This document shows, piece by piece, positions 17,372-24,561 of a stretch of 64,000 bases of DNA. Made by a program: the position numbers and the translations under genes. This stretch comes from Minisyncoccota bacterium. GTDB lineage: Bacteria; Patescibacteriota; Minisyncoccia; 2-02-FULL-40-12; GWA2-44-9. Positions within the stretch are counted from its first letter, which is position 1. Each line of letters begins with the position of its first letter. The stretch lies in the NCBI GenBank assembly GCA_030583765.1, contig CP129474.1, positions 9,709-73,708 of the forward strand, written 5' to 3'. The notes under the pieces were generated by a model, which did no database searches, was not told where the DNA came from, and saw nothing but the letters and a program-made list of their open reading frames with translations.

Positions 17372-18013
17372 ATGAAAACACGAACACAGAAGGCAACTGA
17401 GCTTTCCCTCTTAAAGGAGAAGCTCCCGAAAGCAACAATTCGTATCTTCACCACGTTTGCGCGTGATGGGGAAAAGGGATTGTCGGTTGCAGAGATGCAG
17501 CAACTCAAGCGTGCACTTCGTAAGATTGGGGCAGAGTTCCTGATTGCGAAGAAAAGCTTGGTTGATATCGCATCCCGCGACTTGAACTATGACGGCGTTG
17601 ACGTCTTTGGCATGAACGGTTCCGTCGGAATCGCGCTTGCAGAGGGGGATCAATACGCTGTCGCACGAGAAATCTACAAGTTTGCCAAAGAACACGAAGC
17701 ACTCAAGCTCTACAGTGCATGGGGTGATGGTTACATCACGCCAGAATTGCTCGCTGAAATGGCTACCATGCCATCACGCGAAGAGCTCGTTGTGCGCCTC
17801 TTGGGCATGCTCCAGTATCCGATTCGCTCGCTCGCTATGGTGCTCCAGCAGATTGCTGATAAGCAACCTGCCGCACCAGCTCCAGCGCCCGTAGCGGAAC
17901 CGGCAGCTCCAGTAGTTGAAGAAGCCGCTCCTGCTCCGGATGTGTCAGCGGAAGCACCCGCAGAAACACCGGCAGAAGCACCTGCAGTAAGCGAAACGCC
18001 TGCTGCTGAATAA
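17372..18013 (+). CDS. rplJ: 50S ribosomal protein L10, with an unusual Ala/Pro/Glu-rich low-complexity C-terminal extension.
   Basis: N-terminal L10 signature (KTRTQKATELSLLKEKL...LSVAEMQQLKRALRKIGAEFLIAKKSL). The L7/L12 gene follows immediately. The C-terminus is PAAPAPAPVAEPAAPVVEEAAPAPDVSAEAPAETPAEAPAVSETPAAE. Confidence 0.85.
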   Translation: MKTRTQKATELSLLKEKLPKATIRIFTTFARDGEKGLSVAEMQQLKRALRKIGAEFLIAKKSLVDIASRDLNYDGVDVFGMNGSVGIALAEGDQYAVAREIYKFAKEHEALKLYSAWGDGYITPELLAEMATMPSREELVVRLLGMLQYPIRSLAMVLQQIADKQPAAPAPAPVAEPAAPVVEEAAPAPDVSAEAPAETPAEAPAVSETPAAE

Positions 18014-18019
18014 CCACGT

Positions 18020-18385
18020 ATGGACAAAGCAACATTTATTGAACACATTGAAAAGATGAGCGTCAGCGAGCTCAACGAGCTCGTCAAGGGGCTCGAAGAG
18101 AAGTTCGGTGTCTCCGCCGCGGCATTTGCCATGGCAGCACCAGCAGCAGGTGGCGCAGCAGCGGGTGAAGAGAAGGATTCCTTCACCGTGGTGCTCACCA
18201 ATGCTGGCGAGCAGAAGATTCAGGTCATTAAAGTTCTCCGCGAATTGACCGGCCTCGGCCTCAAAGAAGTGAAGGACATGACCGACAACGTCCCTGCAAC
18301 CGTCAAGGAAGAAGTGAAGAAAGCAGATGCAGAAGATATGAAGAAGAAATTGATGGATGCCGGCGCAACGGTAGACCTCAAATAA
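18020..18385 (+). CDS. rplL: 50S ribosomal protein L7/L12.
   Basis: Classic L7/L12 organisation: N-terminal dimerisation helix, Ala-rich hinge, then CTD ([56 protein letters not shown]). Confidence 0.95.
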   Translation: MDKATFIEHIEKMSVSELNELVKGLEEKFGVSAAAFAMAAPAAGGAAAGEEKDSFTVVLTNAGEQKIQVIKVLRELTGLGLKEVKDMTDNVPATVKEEVKKADAEDMKKKLMDAGATVDLK

Positions 18386-18403
18386 GTCACTACACAGGTA
18401 AGA

Positions 18404-18433
18404 CATAAAGCCCCGCAAGGGGCTTTATGTATG
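18404..18433 (+). terminator. Terminator-like hairpin after rplL (11-bp stem, GCAA loop).
   Basis: cataaagcccc GCAA ggggctttatg. Confidence 0.5.
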
Positions 18434-18555
18434 GGGGCTTGTGTTAATACTTTATATGTTGTACAATATGCAGCTAGTTCCTTAAAGTGAAAAACACTTC
18501 GACGGCAGAAAAACTGCTGTTGGCATAGTGCTAAGGAGCACTCACGAGGTGACGT

Positions 18556-19113
18556 ATGAAAAAGTTGTTGAGGCGCTTGTCTCAGATTCCGAGGAGTCTG
18601 ATCGCCACATTTTGCTACACAGTACTCTTCGCCGCTGTGACGGTGAGCTGGAAGCCCGAAGACTTCAAATCGGCATTACATGGTCTCGCGCTCTTTAGCT
18701 TTGTCCTTCTCGCATTCTGCCTCTCGTTGTTTCGTGAGGTGGAAGAGCAGTTGTTCTTCGCGAAGAAACTGCTCTTCGGAATGGGCTATTACGAAATTCA
18801 GGCCGGGCTTGAGAAGCGCGCGAAAGAGCTGGATGAGGCGTACCGACAGATCATCGTCATCCAAAGGGGAGGCGTCGGGCTTGACATGAAGGCTCCTGCG
18901 GAGCTTGAGAAAGACCCTGAGCGCATGGCCAAATGGTATGCTGATTGCCACGCTGCCTGGGTTCACAAGGCTCAGGCCGAGGCTGCGGAGGCGAAGGAAA
19001 CTTTCTGGGGGGTGATGAAGTTGGTCGCCGATTTTCGTGGGCAACCCCTTCCGAAATCCTACAAGGATCTTCTGCCGCCCAAGAACGCTGTGCCGGCCTA
19101 CGACCCCGACTAG
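18556..19113 (+). CDS. Hypothetical membrane protein: two N-terminal TM helices plus a soluble C-terminal domain.
   Basis: AAGGAG RBS sits 8 nt upstream of the ATG. Hydrophobic segments LIATFCYTVLFAAVTV and LALFSFVLLAFCLSLF. No recognisable family. Confidence 0.5.
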   Translation: MKKLLRRLSQIPRSLIATFCYTVLFAAVTVSWKPEDFKSALHGLALFSFVLLAFCLSLFREVEEQLFFAKKLLFGMGYYEIQAGLEKRAKELDEAYRQIIVIQRGGVGLDMKAPAELEKDPERMAKWYADCHAAWVHKAQAEAAEAKETFWGVMKLVADFRGQPLPKSYKDLLPPKNAVPAYDPD

Positions 19114-19116
19114 CGC

Positions 19117-19160
19117 CCATAACGGGCAACGCCAGTGAAGAGAGATCTTCACTGGCGTTT
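19117..19160. terminator. Bidirectional hairpin terminator between convergent genes.
   Basis: aacgccagtgaagagagatcttcactggcgtt followed by ttcattttt; A-rich on the other side. Confidence 0.5.
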
Positions 19161-19181
19161 TCATTTTTACGCGTTCGTTTT

Positions 19182-21119
19182 TTACTGTACCTGCCAGACT
19201 TTTTGGTCGTCAGTCAGGTAGAAGAGTGAGCCGTTGGGGTGTACTGTTGCAGTAACTACGGCATGGTCTTCGGGGAAGGTGATGGTCTTAAAGAGAGAGC
19301 CACTCTTTTTATCTATAAGATAGAGGCGGTTGAGAACGGTGTCGAGGATATACACATAGGGGAGATCCACGCCCGTAAATAGCTGTGATGCAGGAGAGAC
19401 GGGGAGGCCCGTGCTCACCTCTGCAGTGCGTTCACCTTTGTAGTAGGTGAGTAGGGTGCCCGTGGTGGTCACGGCGTAGATGTTGCCATCAATGGCGATA
19501 TCTACCACGTCTGCAGGAAGTGCAGCGCCACTCTTGAGCCACGCACTTGCTGACCCCTTGCCTTGTGCGGCCCCTACAATGCGCATAATGGTGCCGTTTG
19601 CTACGCCGTAGAGATTGTCGCCAAATTGTTCAAGGTGTGCGAGTGATGTGGAGAGGGTGATGGGAGTAACGCTCTGGCCTTTCACTGCTGCCGCGCTGGT
19701 TCCTGCGATAACGGTATGTAGAGAATCGCTTCCCGTGAGCGCGGTTGCGTTAGCGGGGACGGTGATAGCGTCCGCAATGCTACCGGTACTGATCGCATTG
19801 AGCGTGCCTACGGTTTCTGTAGTTCGGTAGATATAGAGGCCATTCTGCGCGGCGATATGCCTAATTTTTGCCTCTTCTTTGCTGTTATCAAAAGCGAGCT
19901 GTGGTTCTGCTAACTTTGCTTGATCCAACGTGTTCAGTTCACTGAAAAGCTCGGAGCGCATTTCTTTTGCCGCGGGCGCGGCGTCCTCTTCGGTGAGAAA
20001 TGGATTAAGAGCAACAAGTGAGGCGCCTAAAAGTGCGCGTGCTTCGGGGATCTGGTTCTGGCTCACTTTCGTCTTTGCGATCTTTACTTGGTTTCGTACA
20101 TCGGCAATGACTGCTGCGAGGGCTTCTTCTTCTGCAGAAGGTGTTACGAGTGAGCGCACAAACAGTGTGCCGCCGACAATGACGGTAATCGTGAGCGCGA
20201 GGGCGATGGCGCGAGAGCGTGGGTTCAGGTCAGTGAGGCCAAGGCGTCGGAAAAATGCTACAAAAGGACTCTTTTTGCGGCCCAATGAAAACTCAGAGGG
20301 GATAATGCGCGGGATTGCTTCTTCTGCTCCGAGCGACGTTGGTTGTGCGATGGGAGGGGTCTCGTGTTGTTGGGGAGCCTGTGCAAAGCGGACCTGCTGT
20401 TGCTGTGGTTCGGGAACGAATGAAGGCGCTGGCGCCGTTATTTCGCGTATCTTTTGCACCGTAATGTAGAGTGCCGCGCAAGAAAACGTATCTTTCTGCT
20501 CACGAATAGCGGCGAGCTTTGCGATAAAGGCGTCTTTGTCGAGTTTATCGAAATCACTCTTCACGAAGCGTTCTCGCGTGGTGAGTGAGCGATTAGGGAA
20601 GAGCGCGAGGAGACGATCATGCTCCTGCACTTTGCCAGAGATAATATTTGAGAACTGGCTTCCGGTGCCGTCCGCGTCTTTTTCAAAATGCTCTACGTTA
20701 TTGAGTACATCAACAATACCCCCTGAGCGAGCAAGAAATAGTTTAAACTTTCCTAGCTTTGAAATGAGGAGCGAACCATCAGCGATGGCAAAGATGCCCA
20801 TATTGATCTTCGCGCCGTTATTTTCGAAGAGTTCAGAGACGACTTCGTTTACTTTGCGCAACGTGTTTGCGAACGCTTCTTTGATGGCGATACCTGGGCG
20901 TGCATAATATTCCCGCTTTGCGAGTGCGGCGATGAGGTTAAGCGCATAGGCGAGATCGTCAGTGGGGTGGCTAATGTTGCCGACAACGTAGAGGTTGCCC
21001 AACATGCGGGTGCTGTCTTGTTCGTCGGGGCTGTATGAGAATGCGTCTGCTGGTCCTTCGGGGTTCGCGCCGGAGATAGAGATTTCGTGGGCAATCGGCT
21101 TTAAAGTGATTTTTTCCAT
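19182..21119 (-). CDS. Large membrane protein. N-terminal cytoplasmic domain with PPM/PP2C-like features, a central TM helix, and a C-terminal extracytoplasmic repeat (beta-propeller-like) domain.
   Basis: N-terminal NLYVVGNISH...MGIFAIADGSLL...LFLARSGGIVDV resembles SpoIIE/PP2C-type metal-binding motifs (the aDG motif). TM segment AIALALTITVIVGGTLFV is at ~aa 300. The C-terminal 330 aa carry repeated Gly/Thr-rich beta-strand motifs. Confidence 0.35.
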   Translation of the reverse strand: MEKITLKPIAHEISISGANPEGPADAFSYSPDEQDSTRMLGNLYVVGNISHPTDDLAYALNLIAALAKREYYARPGIAIKEAFANTLRKVNEVVSELFENNGAKINMGIFAIADGSLLISKLGKFKLFLARSGGIVDVLNNVEHFEKDADGTGSQFSNIISGKVQEHDRLLALFPNRSLTTRERFVKSDFDKLDKDAFIAKLAAIREQKDTFSCAALYITVQKIREITAPAPSFVPEPQQQQVRFAQAPQQHETPPIAQPTSLGAEEAIPRIIPSEFSLGRKKSPFVAFFRRLGLTDLNPRSRAIALALTITVIVGGTLFVRSLVTPSAEEEALAAVIADVRNQVKIAKTKVSQNQIPEARALLGASLVALNPFLTEEDAAPAAKEMRSELFSELNTLDQAKLAEPQLAFDNSKEEAKIRHIAAQNGLYIYRTTETVGTLNAISTGSIADAITVPANATALTGSDSLHTVIAGTSAAAVKGQSVTPITLSTSLAHLEQFGDNLYGVANGTIMRIVGAAQGKGSASAWLKSGAALPADVVDIAIDGNIYAVTTTGTLLTYYKGERTAEVSTGLPVSPASQLFTGVDLPYVYILDTVLNRLYLIDKKSGSLFKTITFPEDHAVVTATVHPNGSLFYLTDDQKVWQVQ

Positions 21120-21163
21120 GGGGTTTACTTTTCAGAGCTCCTACGCTAGACTGCGCGGTGTCT

Positions 21164-21203
21164 TTTCAGTAGCGCATAATGGTTCTCTTGCATTCTACTG
21201 AAA
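21164..21203 (+). promoter_or_regulatory. Perfect 9-bp inverted repeat (tttcagtag N22 ctactgaaa) bracketing a -10-like CATAAT. Candidate operator/promoter of the downstream wHTH regulator.
   Basis: Read directly: revcomp(tttcagtag)=ctactgaaa. Located 12 nt upstream of the MSKSV start. Confidence 0.35.
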
Positions 21204-21214
21204 CGTCGGACCAT

Positions 21215-21415
21215 ATGTCAAAGAGCGTTCTGGATAACCTGTTTGGCTCGCGTGCGAGAGTCAAAATTTTGAAATTTATTTTTCGGACACATCCGGAGCA
21301 ATTTACCTTTCGCGATATTGTGCAGCGGACACAGGAATCTGAAGAAGTGGTGAAAAAGGAGCTTGCCATTCTTGAGAGTATGCATTTGGTACGGCGCATC
21401 AATAACGGCTCATAA
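21215..21415 (+). CDS. Small winged-helix transcriptional regulator (ArsR/MarR-like), 66 aa. The ORF track extends it to 21179, which would overlap the operator.
   Basis: MSKSVLDNLFGSRARVKILKFIFRTHPEQFTFRDIVQRTQESEEVVKKELAILESMHLVRRIN: an HTH plus wing pattern. Confidence 0.45.
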   Translation: MSKSVLDNLFGSRARVKILKFIFRTHPEQFTFRDIVQRTQESEEVVKKELAILESMHLVRRINNGS

Positions 21416-21417
21416 TT

Positions 21418-21906
21418 ATGTCGCCAAAGAAACGAACTCGTATCGTAAAAAAGAAAAAAACTCATGCGAAGAAGCGTGTTGCGCGTCCGCGCGTCGTGAC
21501 GCCAGGGCCAACGTATGCCGTGAACAAAGAGTTCGCATTCTTTAATGAACTACACGCGCTCATTTTAAAACCATCTCCTGCAGAACGTGGCGAGCTCACG
21601 CGCCGCATTGCAGCACTGGGACGCGTGAAGCTCGCGGTGATCTCTGGTGTTTTTCTCAACACGCCCGATCAGAGCGCACTCATTGATACAAATTCACCGA
21701 CTGATCTTTTTCTGGTTGCTGATGATTTGAGCAAACAGAAGCTTGCCGCGTTTCTGAAATCACTCGAAGCAGAAGTGGGCAAGGAAATAAAGTTTGGTAT
21801 TATGGATAGGGAAGAGTTCATGTACCGTTTCGGCATGTTTGATCGTTTCGTGCGTGTGCTCCTTGAGGGGCCTCACGAGAAGCTCATAAATAAGCTTGGT
21901 ATTTAG
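21418..21906 (+). CDS. Hypothetical protein with a highly basic N-terminal tail (KKRTRIVKKKKTHAKKRVARPR) and an uncharacterised alpha/beta domain.
   Basis: ORF sits 3 nt after the regulator. No confident family assignment. Confidence 0.4.
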   Translation: MSPKKRTRIVKKKKTHAKKRVARPRVVTPGPTYAVNKEFAFFNELHALILKPSPAERGELTRRIAALGRVKLAVISGVFLNTPDQSALIDTNSPTDLFLVADDLSKQKLAAFLKSLEAEVGKEIKFGIMDREEFMYRFGMFDRFVRVLLEGPHEKLINKLGI

Positions 21907-21979
21907 GGCGCATAGCTCAGCTGGTTAGAGCGTTGCATTCACATTGCAAAGGTCCCTGGTTCGAGTCCAGGTGCGCCCA
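21906..21979 (+). tRNA. tRNA-Val (anticodon CAC).
   Basis: Cloverleaf folded by hand. Acceptor GGGCGCA/TGCGCCC. D-stem GCTC/GAGC. Anticodon stem TTGCA/TGCAA with loop TTCACAT. T-arm CCTGG-TTCGAGT-CCAGG. Discriminator A. No encoded CCA. Confidence 0.85.
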
Positions 21980-22159
21980 CTAGGAGGCAAGAATACACGA
22001 CGGCCACTGCTGGCCGTTGGGTATTCTTAAATAGTTTAAGCACCTGGCTCGAACGCCGGAGCGATGTGTTGCCAGCTGGCAACACCGCGAGGCGGTGGTT
22101 AGTTCATCTGCCGTCAGGCAGACCCGAGCCCCGACGGCTGGTCGGGGCGAGAGGCGAGA

Positions 22160-22186
22160 CCGAGTCCAGGTGCGCCCACTAGGAGG
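22160..22186 (+). repeat. Direct repeat of the tRNA-Val 3' end (cgagtccaggtgcgcccactaggagg), att-core-like, 185 bp downstream of the tRNA.
   Basis: A 26/27-nt identical copy of T-loop-3' half + acceptor 3' strand + discriminator + ctaggagg. No 5' acceptor partner exists, so it is not a second tRNA. Confidence 0.8.
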
Positions 22187-22192
22187 TGAGGA

Positions 22193-22294
22193 ATGTCGAA
22201 AGATCAGAACATCGAAAGCGATGAGCGAAGTGGTCGCGTTTCGGCGTGGGTAATCATCATCGCTCTCGCGGCGCTTGTCGCATTGGCGCCCTAG
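22193..22294 (+). CDS. 33-aa single-pass TM peptide (MSKDQNIESDERSGRVSAWVIIIALAALVALAP).
   Basis: Translated by hand. RBS AGGAGGTGAGG ends 7 nt before the ATG. Stop TAG overlaps the RBS (ctaggagg) of the next ORF. Confidence 0.4.
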   Translation: MSKDQNIESDERSGRVSAWVIIIALAALVALAP

Positions 22295-22304
22295 GAGGAA
22301 CGGC

Positions 22305-22550
22305 ATGAAGCCAGAAGAATGGCGGGCGTACGTTCGTAAACTCGCACGGGAGCTGTGCGTACGGAAGCACCAAGATCGATGCGGCTCACTCATTTGCGCC
22401 GGACCGTCGCGTTCTGGGTCCGGACCACCGTGCGACGAGTGCGTTGCGGTGGTTGAGCACGATCTTGAAGAGAAGCGTCGCAAATCGGGTGAAGTCCAGC
22501 TTTCCCTACAGGAAGTGACAAGACTGAAGGAGCGGCTCGGCCGCTCATGA
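22305..22550 (+). CDS. 81-aa Cys-rich (Zn-ribbon-like) small protein.
   Basis: Starts at MKPEEW with a GGAGG RBS 6 nt upstream. Cys at CVRKHQDRCGSLIC...PPCDEC. The ORF-track start at 22275 would overlap the upstream peptide. Confidence 0.45.
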   Translation: MKPEEWRAYVRKLARELCVRKHQDRCGSLICAGPSRSGSGPPCDECVAVVEHDLEEKRRKSGEVQLSLQEVTRLKERLGRS

Positions 22551-22569
22551 GCTGGCAAAGGAGGGCACT

Positions 22570-22707
22570 ATGCGGCCCGAAAGGTCGATCTCTCCGGTGG
22601 GAATCCTGCTGATACTTGCTGGCCTTGGCCCGTTGGCGGGGTATCTGCTCTTTCTGATGTATCGCGCGCAGGAAATGCTTGCGCGCAGCCCCCAGCCCGG
22701 CTGGTAG
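22570..22707 (+). CDS. 45-aa single-pass TM peptide (MRPERSISPVGILLILAGLGPLAGYLLFLMYRAQEMLARSPQPGW).
   Basis: Translated by hand. RBS AAGGAGGG 8 nt upstream. Followed directly by a strong intrinsic terminator. Confidence 0.4.
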   Translation: MRPERSISPVGILLILAGLGPLAGYLLFLMYRAQEMLARSPQPGW

Positions 22708-22716
22708 GGCTCCTGC

Positions 22717-22768
22717 ACACCCCGCGATCTTCGCTAAAAAGGCGAATGGTCGCGGGGTGTTTTTACTT
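22717..22768 (+). terminator. Rho-independent terminator closing the small-ORF cassette.
   Basis: acaccccgcg...cgcggggtgt stem (10 bp, nested inner hairpin) followed by ttttactt. Confidence 0.6.
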
Positions 22769-22857
22769 ATGCACATTTCTATATTTGCGTCTCTGCTCGG
22801 TGGGGTATAATGACCATGTAGTGTTTGTAAGTGGGAAGAAGTGTTACATCGCAAAAC

Positions 22858-23292
22858 ATGCTTATTGGTGAATACCAACACACGATTGATGCCAAGAAGC
22901 GTCTTGCGATTCCTTCAAAATTCCGCCGTGAACTCGGAGAGCGCGCCGTCGTCACTCGTGGCGTTGATGCATGTCTCTTCGTTTTTCCCATTCAGCAATG
23001 GGAAGCTCTCGCGGAACGCATTGCAAACCTACCCGTGACACAAGGGGATAGTCGATCGTTCGCGCGATTGATGCTCTCCGGTGCCACCGAAGTGGAGTTT
23101 GATTCCCTCGGTCGCGTTCTCCTTCCTGATCACTTAAAAAGCTATGCAGGACTGAATCGTTCAGTTGTCGTTGCTGGGCTCTATAAGCGATTGGAAATTT
23201 GGGACGCTGATGCGTGGGAGCGCACCAAGCAGCAGCTTGAGAAGAACTCTGATCGCATTGCAGAAAAGCTTGGTGAATTGGGGGGTATCTAA
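22858..23292 (+). CDS. mraZ: Transcriptional regulator MraZ. Start probably at MLIGEYQ; the ORF track begins at 22831. A TATAAT -10 lies at 22807-22812.
   Basis: Duplicated MraZ DxxxR motifs (DAKKRLAIP, DSLGRVLLP). First gene of the dcw cluster. Confidence 0.8.
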   Translation: MLIGEYQHTIDAKKRLAIPSKFRRELGERAVVTRGVDACLFVFPIQQWEALAERIANLPVTQGDSRSFARLMLSGATEVEFDSLGRVLLPDHLKSYAGLNRSVVVAGLYKRLEIWDADAWERTKQQLEKNSDRIAEKLGELGGI

Positions 23293-23295
23293 CGT

Positions 23296-24189
23296 ATGAC
23301 GGAGCACGTACATACGCCAGTTCTTTTAGAAGAAGTTATCACGCACCTCAATCTGAATCCTGAAAAGCGATTCATTGATGCGACCCTTGATGGCGCAGGC
23401 CACACCGCTGCGGTGTTGGAACGCTACCCAGGCATTCGCATTTTGGGCATTGAGCTTGATCCGGTGCAAGTTGCACAGTTGCCGGAACGCCGCCCAGAGG
23501 TTGCTCGACAGATCATCGTGGTGAACGACAGCTACGCGAACCTTGCGCAGCTTGTTGCTGATCATGCCTTTCCGCCCGATGCAATTCTTATGGATCTCGG
23601 CCTTTCTTCGTGGCACTACGAAGTGAGTGGCAGGGGATTCTCATTTATGCGTGATGAGCCGCTTGATATGCGCTTTCAGCCCGAGACAAATCCTACGACG
23701 GCTGCGGTTCTTTTGAACACCGCACCCGTTGATGAGCTAGAGCGCATACTGGCGACGTATGGCCAGGAACAGTTTGCAGACGCAATCGCATACGCAGTGG
23801 TTCGTGCCAGGTCGGCGACGCCCATTCGGACGACGTTTGACCTGGTGCGGGTCATTGAAAGCGCAGTTCCCGCGTGGTACCGGCATCGCAAGTTGCACTG
23901 TGCCACCAAAACATTTCAAGCACTCCGTGTCGCCATCAATGACGAGCTGTCATCGGTTGCGAACGGTGTTCGAGCTGCAATCGATGTTTTGAATCCCGGC
24001 GGACGATTAGCGGTAATCTCCTTCCAAGGCATGGAGGACCGCATTGTCAGAGAGGCATTCAAGGCAGCGGTTGCAGGAGGAAGAGGTTCGTGGGTGACGC
24101 GAGCGACCCTTCGACCCGCATGGGAAGAAGTAAAGCGAAATCCTCGAGCGCGGAGTGCGAAGTTAAAGTTGTTTCAGAAAGCAGAGTAG
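23296..24189 (+). CDS. rsmH: 16S rRNA (cytosine1402-N4)-methyltransferase RsmH/MraW.
   Basis: HTPVLLEEV N-terminus. SAM-binding GxG region. Canonical position after mraZ. Confidence 0.85.
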   Translation: MTEHVHTPVLLEEVITHLNLNPEKRFIDATLDGAGHTAAVLERYPGIRILGIELDPVQVAQLPERRPEVARQIIVVNDSYANLAQLVADHAFPPDAILMDLGLSSWHYEVSGRGFSFMRDEPLDMRFQPETNPTTAAVLLNTAPVDELERILATYGQEQFADAIAYAVVRARSATPIRTTFDLVRVIESAVPAWYRHRKLHCATKTFQALRVAINDELSSVANGVRAAIDVLNPGGRLAVISFQGMEDRIVREAFKAAVAGGRGSWVTRATLRPAWEEVKRNPRARSAKLKLFQKAE

Positions 24190-24216
24190 ATGTGTTCGTA
24201 GCTAGGGAGGGTAGGA

Positions 24217-24546
24217 ATGCCTCTCCCGACGCCCGTGCGTCGTTCGAATCCTTTTTCACCATTTTCTAAACTTGTTGTTCGGTGCAACCTGACATTCATC
24301 GCTGTGATAGCGCTTTGTGCTGGGCTCTATGTTGTGCAATCGAATCGGGTAGCAACACACACGCTACGTGTTGGCGAGCTTCAGCGTGAAACCGTTGCGC
24401 TTGCTGCACAACGCGGCGCATTGCTCACAGAGTCGTTTGCGGCAGAAGAGCCAGAGCAACTGTCCTCGTTTGCTCAGCGCCACGCGCTTGTCGCTTCACA
24501 AATGCCGGTGCATTTGTTTGAATCCAGTAATGTTGCGCGACGCTAA
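24217..24546 (+). CDS. ftsL: Cell-division protein FtsL-like: single TM helix plus a coiled-coil.
   Basis: 109 aa. TM segment LTFIAVIALCAGLYVV followed by heptad-like LRVGELQRETVALAAQRGALL. Position between rsmH and ftsI. Confidence 0.55.
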   Translation: MPLPTPVRRSNPFSPFSKLVVRCNLTFIAVIALCAGLYVVQSNRVATHTLRVGELQRETVALAAQRGALLTESFAAEEPEQLSSFAQRHALVASQMPVHLFESSNVARR

Positions 24547-24561
24547 TGCTCGCTTTGCACT

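Noticed and set aside
17411-18418. Antisense and alternative-frame ORFs across rplJ/rplL (17411..17695, 17731..18201, 17945..18418, etc.).
   Set aside because: They overlap unmistakable ribosomal protein genes. Their compositions are Cys/His/Arg-rich and nonsensical.
18527-18542. Mini-palindrome AGTGCT-AAGG-AGCACT resembling the two CIRCE half-sites, overlapping the RBS of the 18556 gene.
   Set aside because: Half-site order and spacing are wrong for CIRCE (N9 spacer required), and the downstream gene is not a chaperone. Probably a coincidental RBS-sequestering hairpin.
22090-22186. Second tRNA gene or tRNA pseudogene downstream of tRNA-Val (and likewise at 27880-27951 after tRNA-Glu).
   Set aside because: Only the 3' portion (T-loop 3' half, acceptor 3' strand, discriminator) is present. 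No complementary 5' acceptor strand or D/anticodon arms can be folded. These are interpreted as att-like direct repeats.
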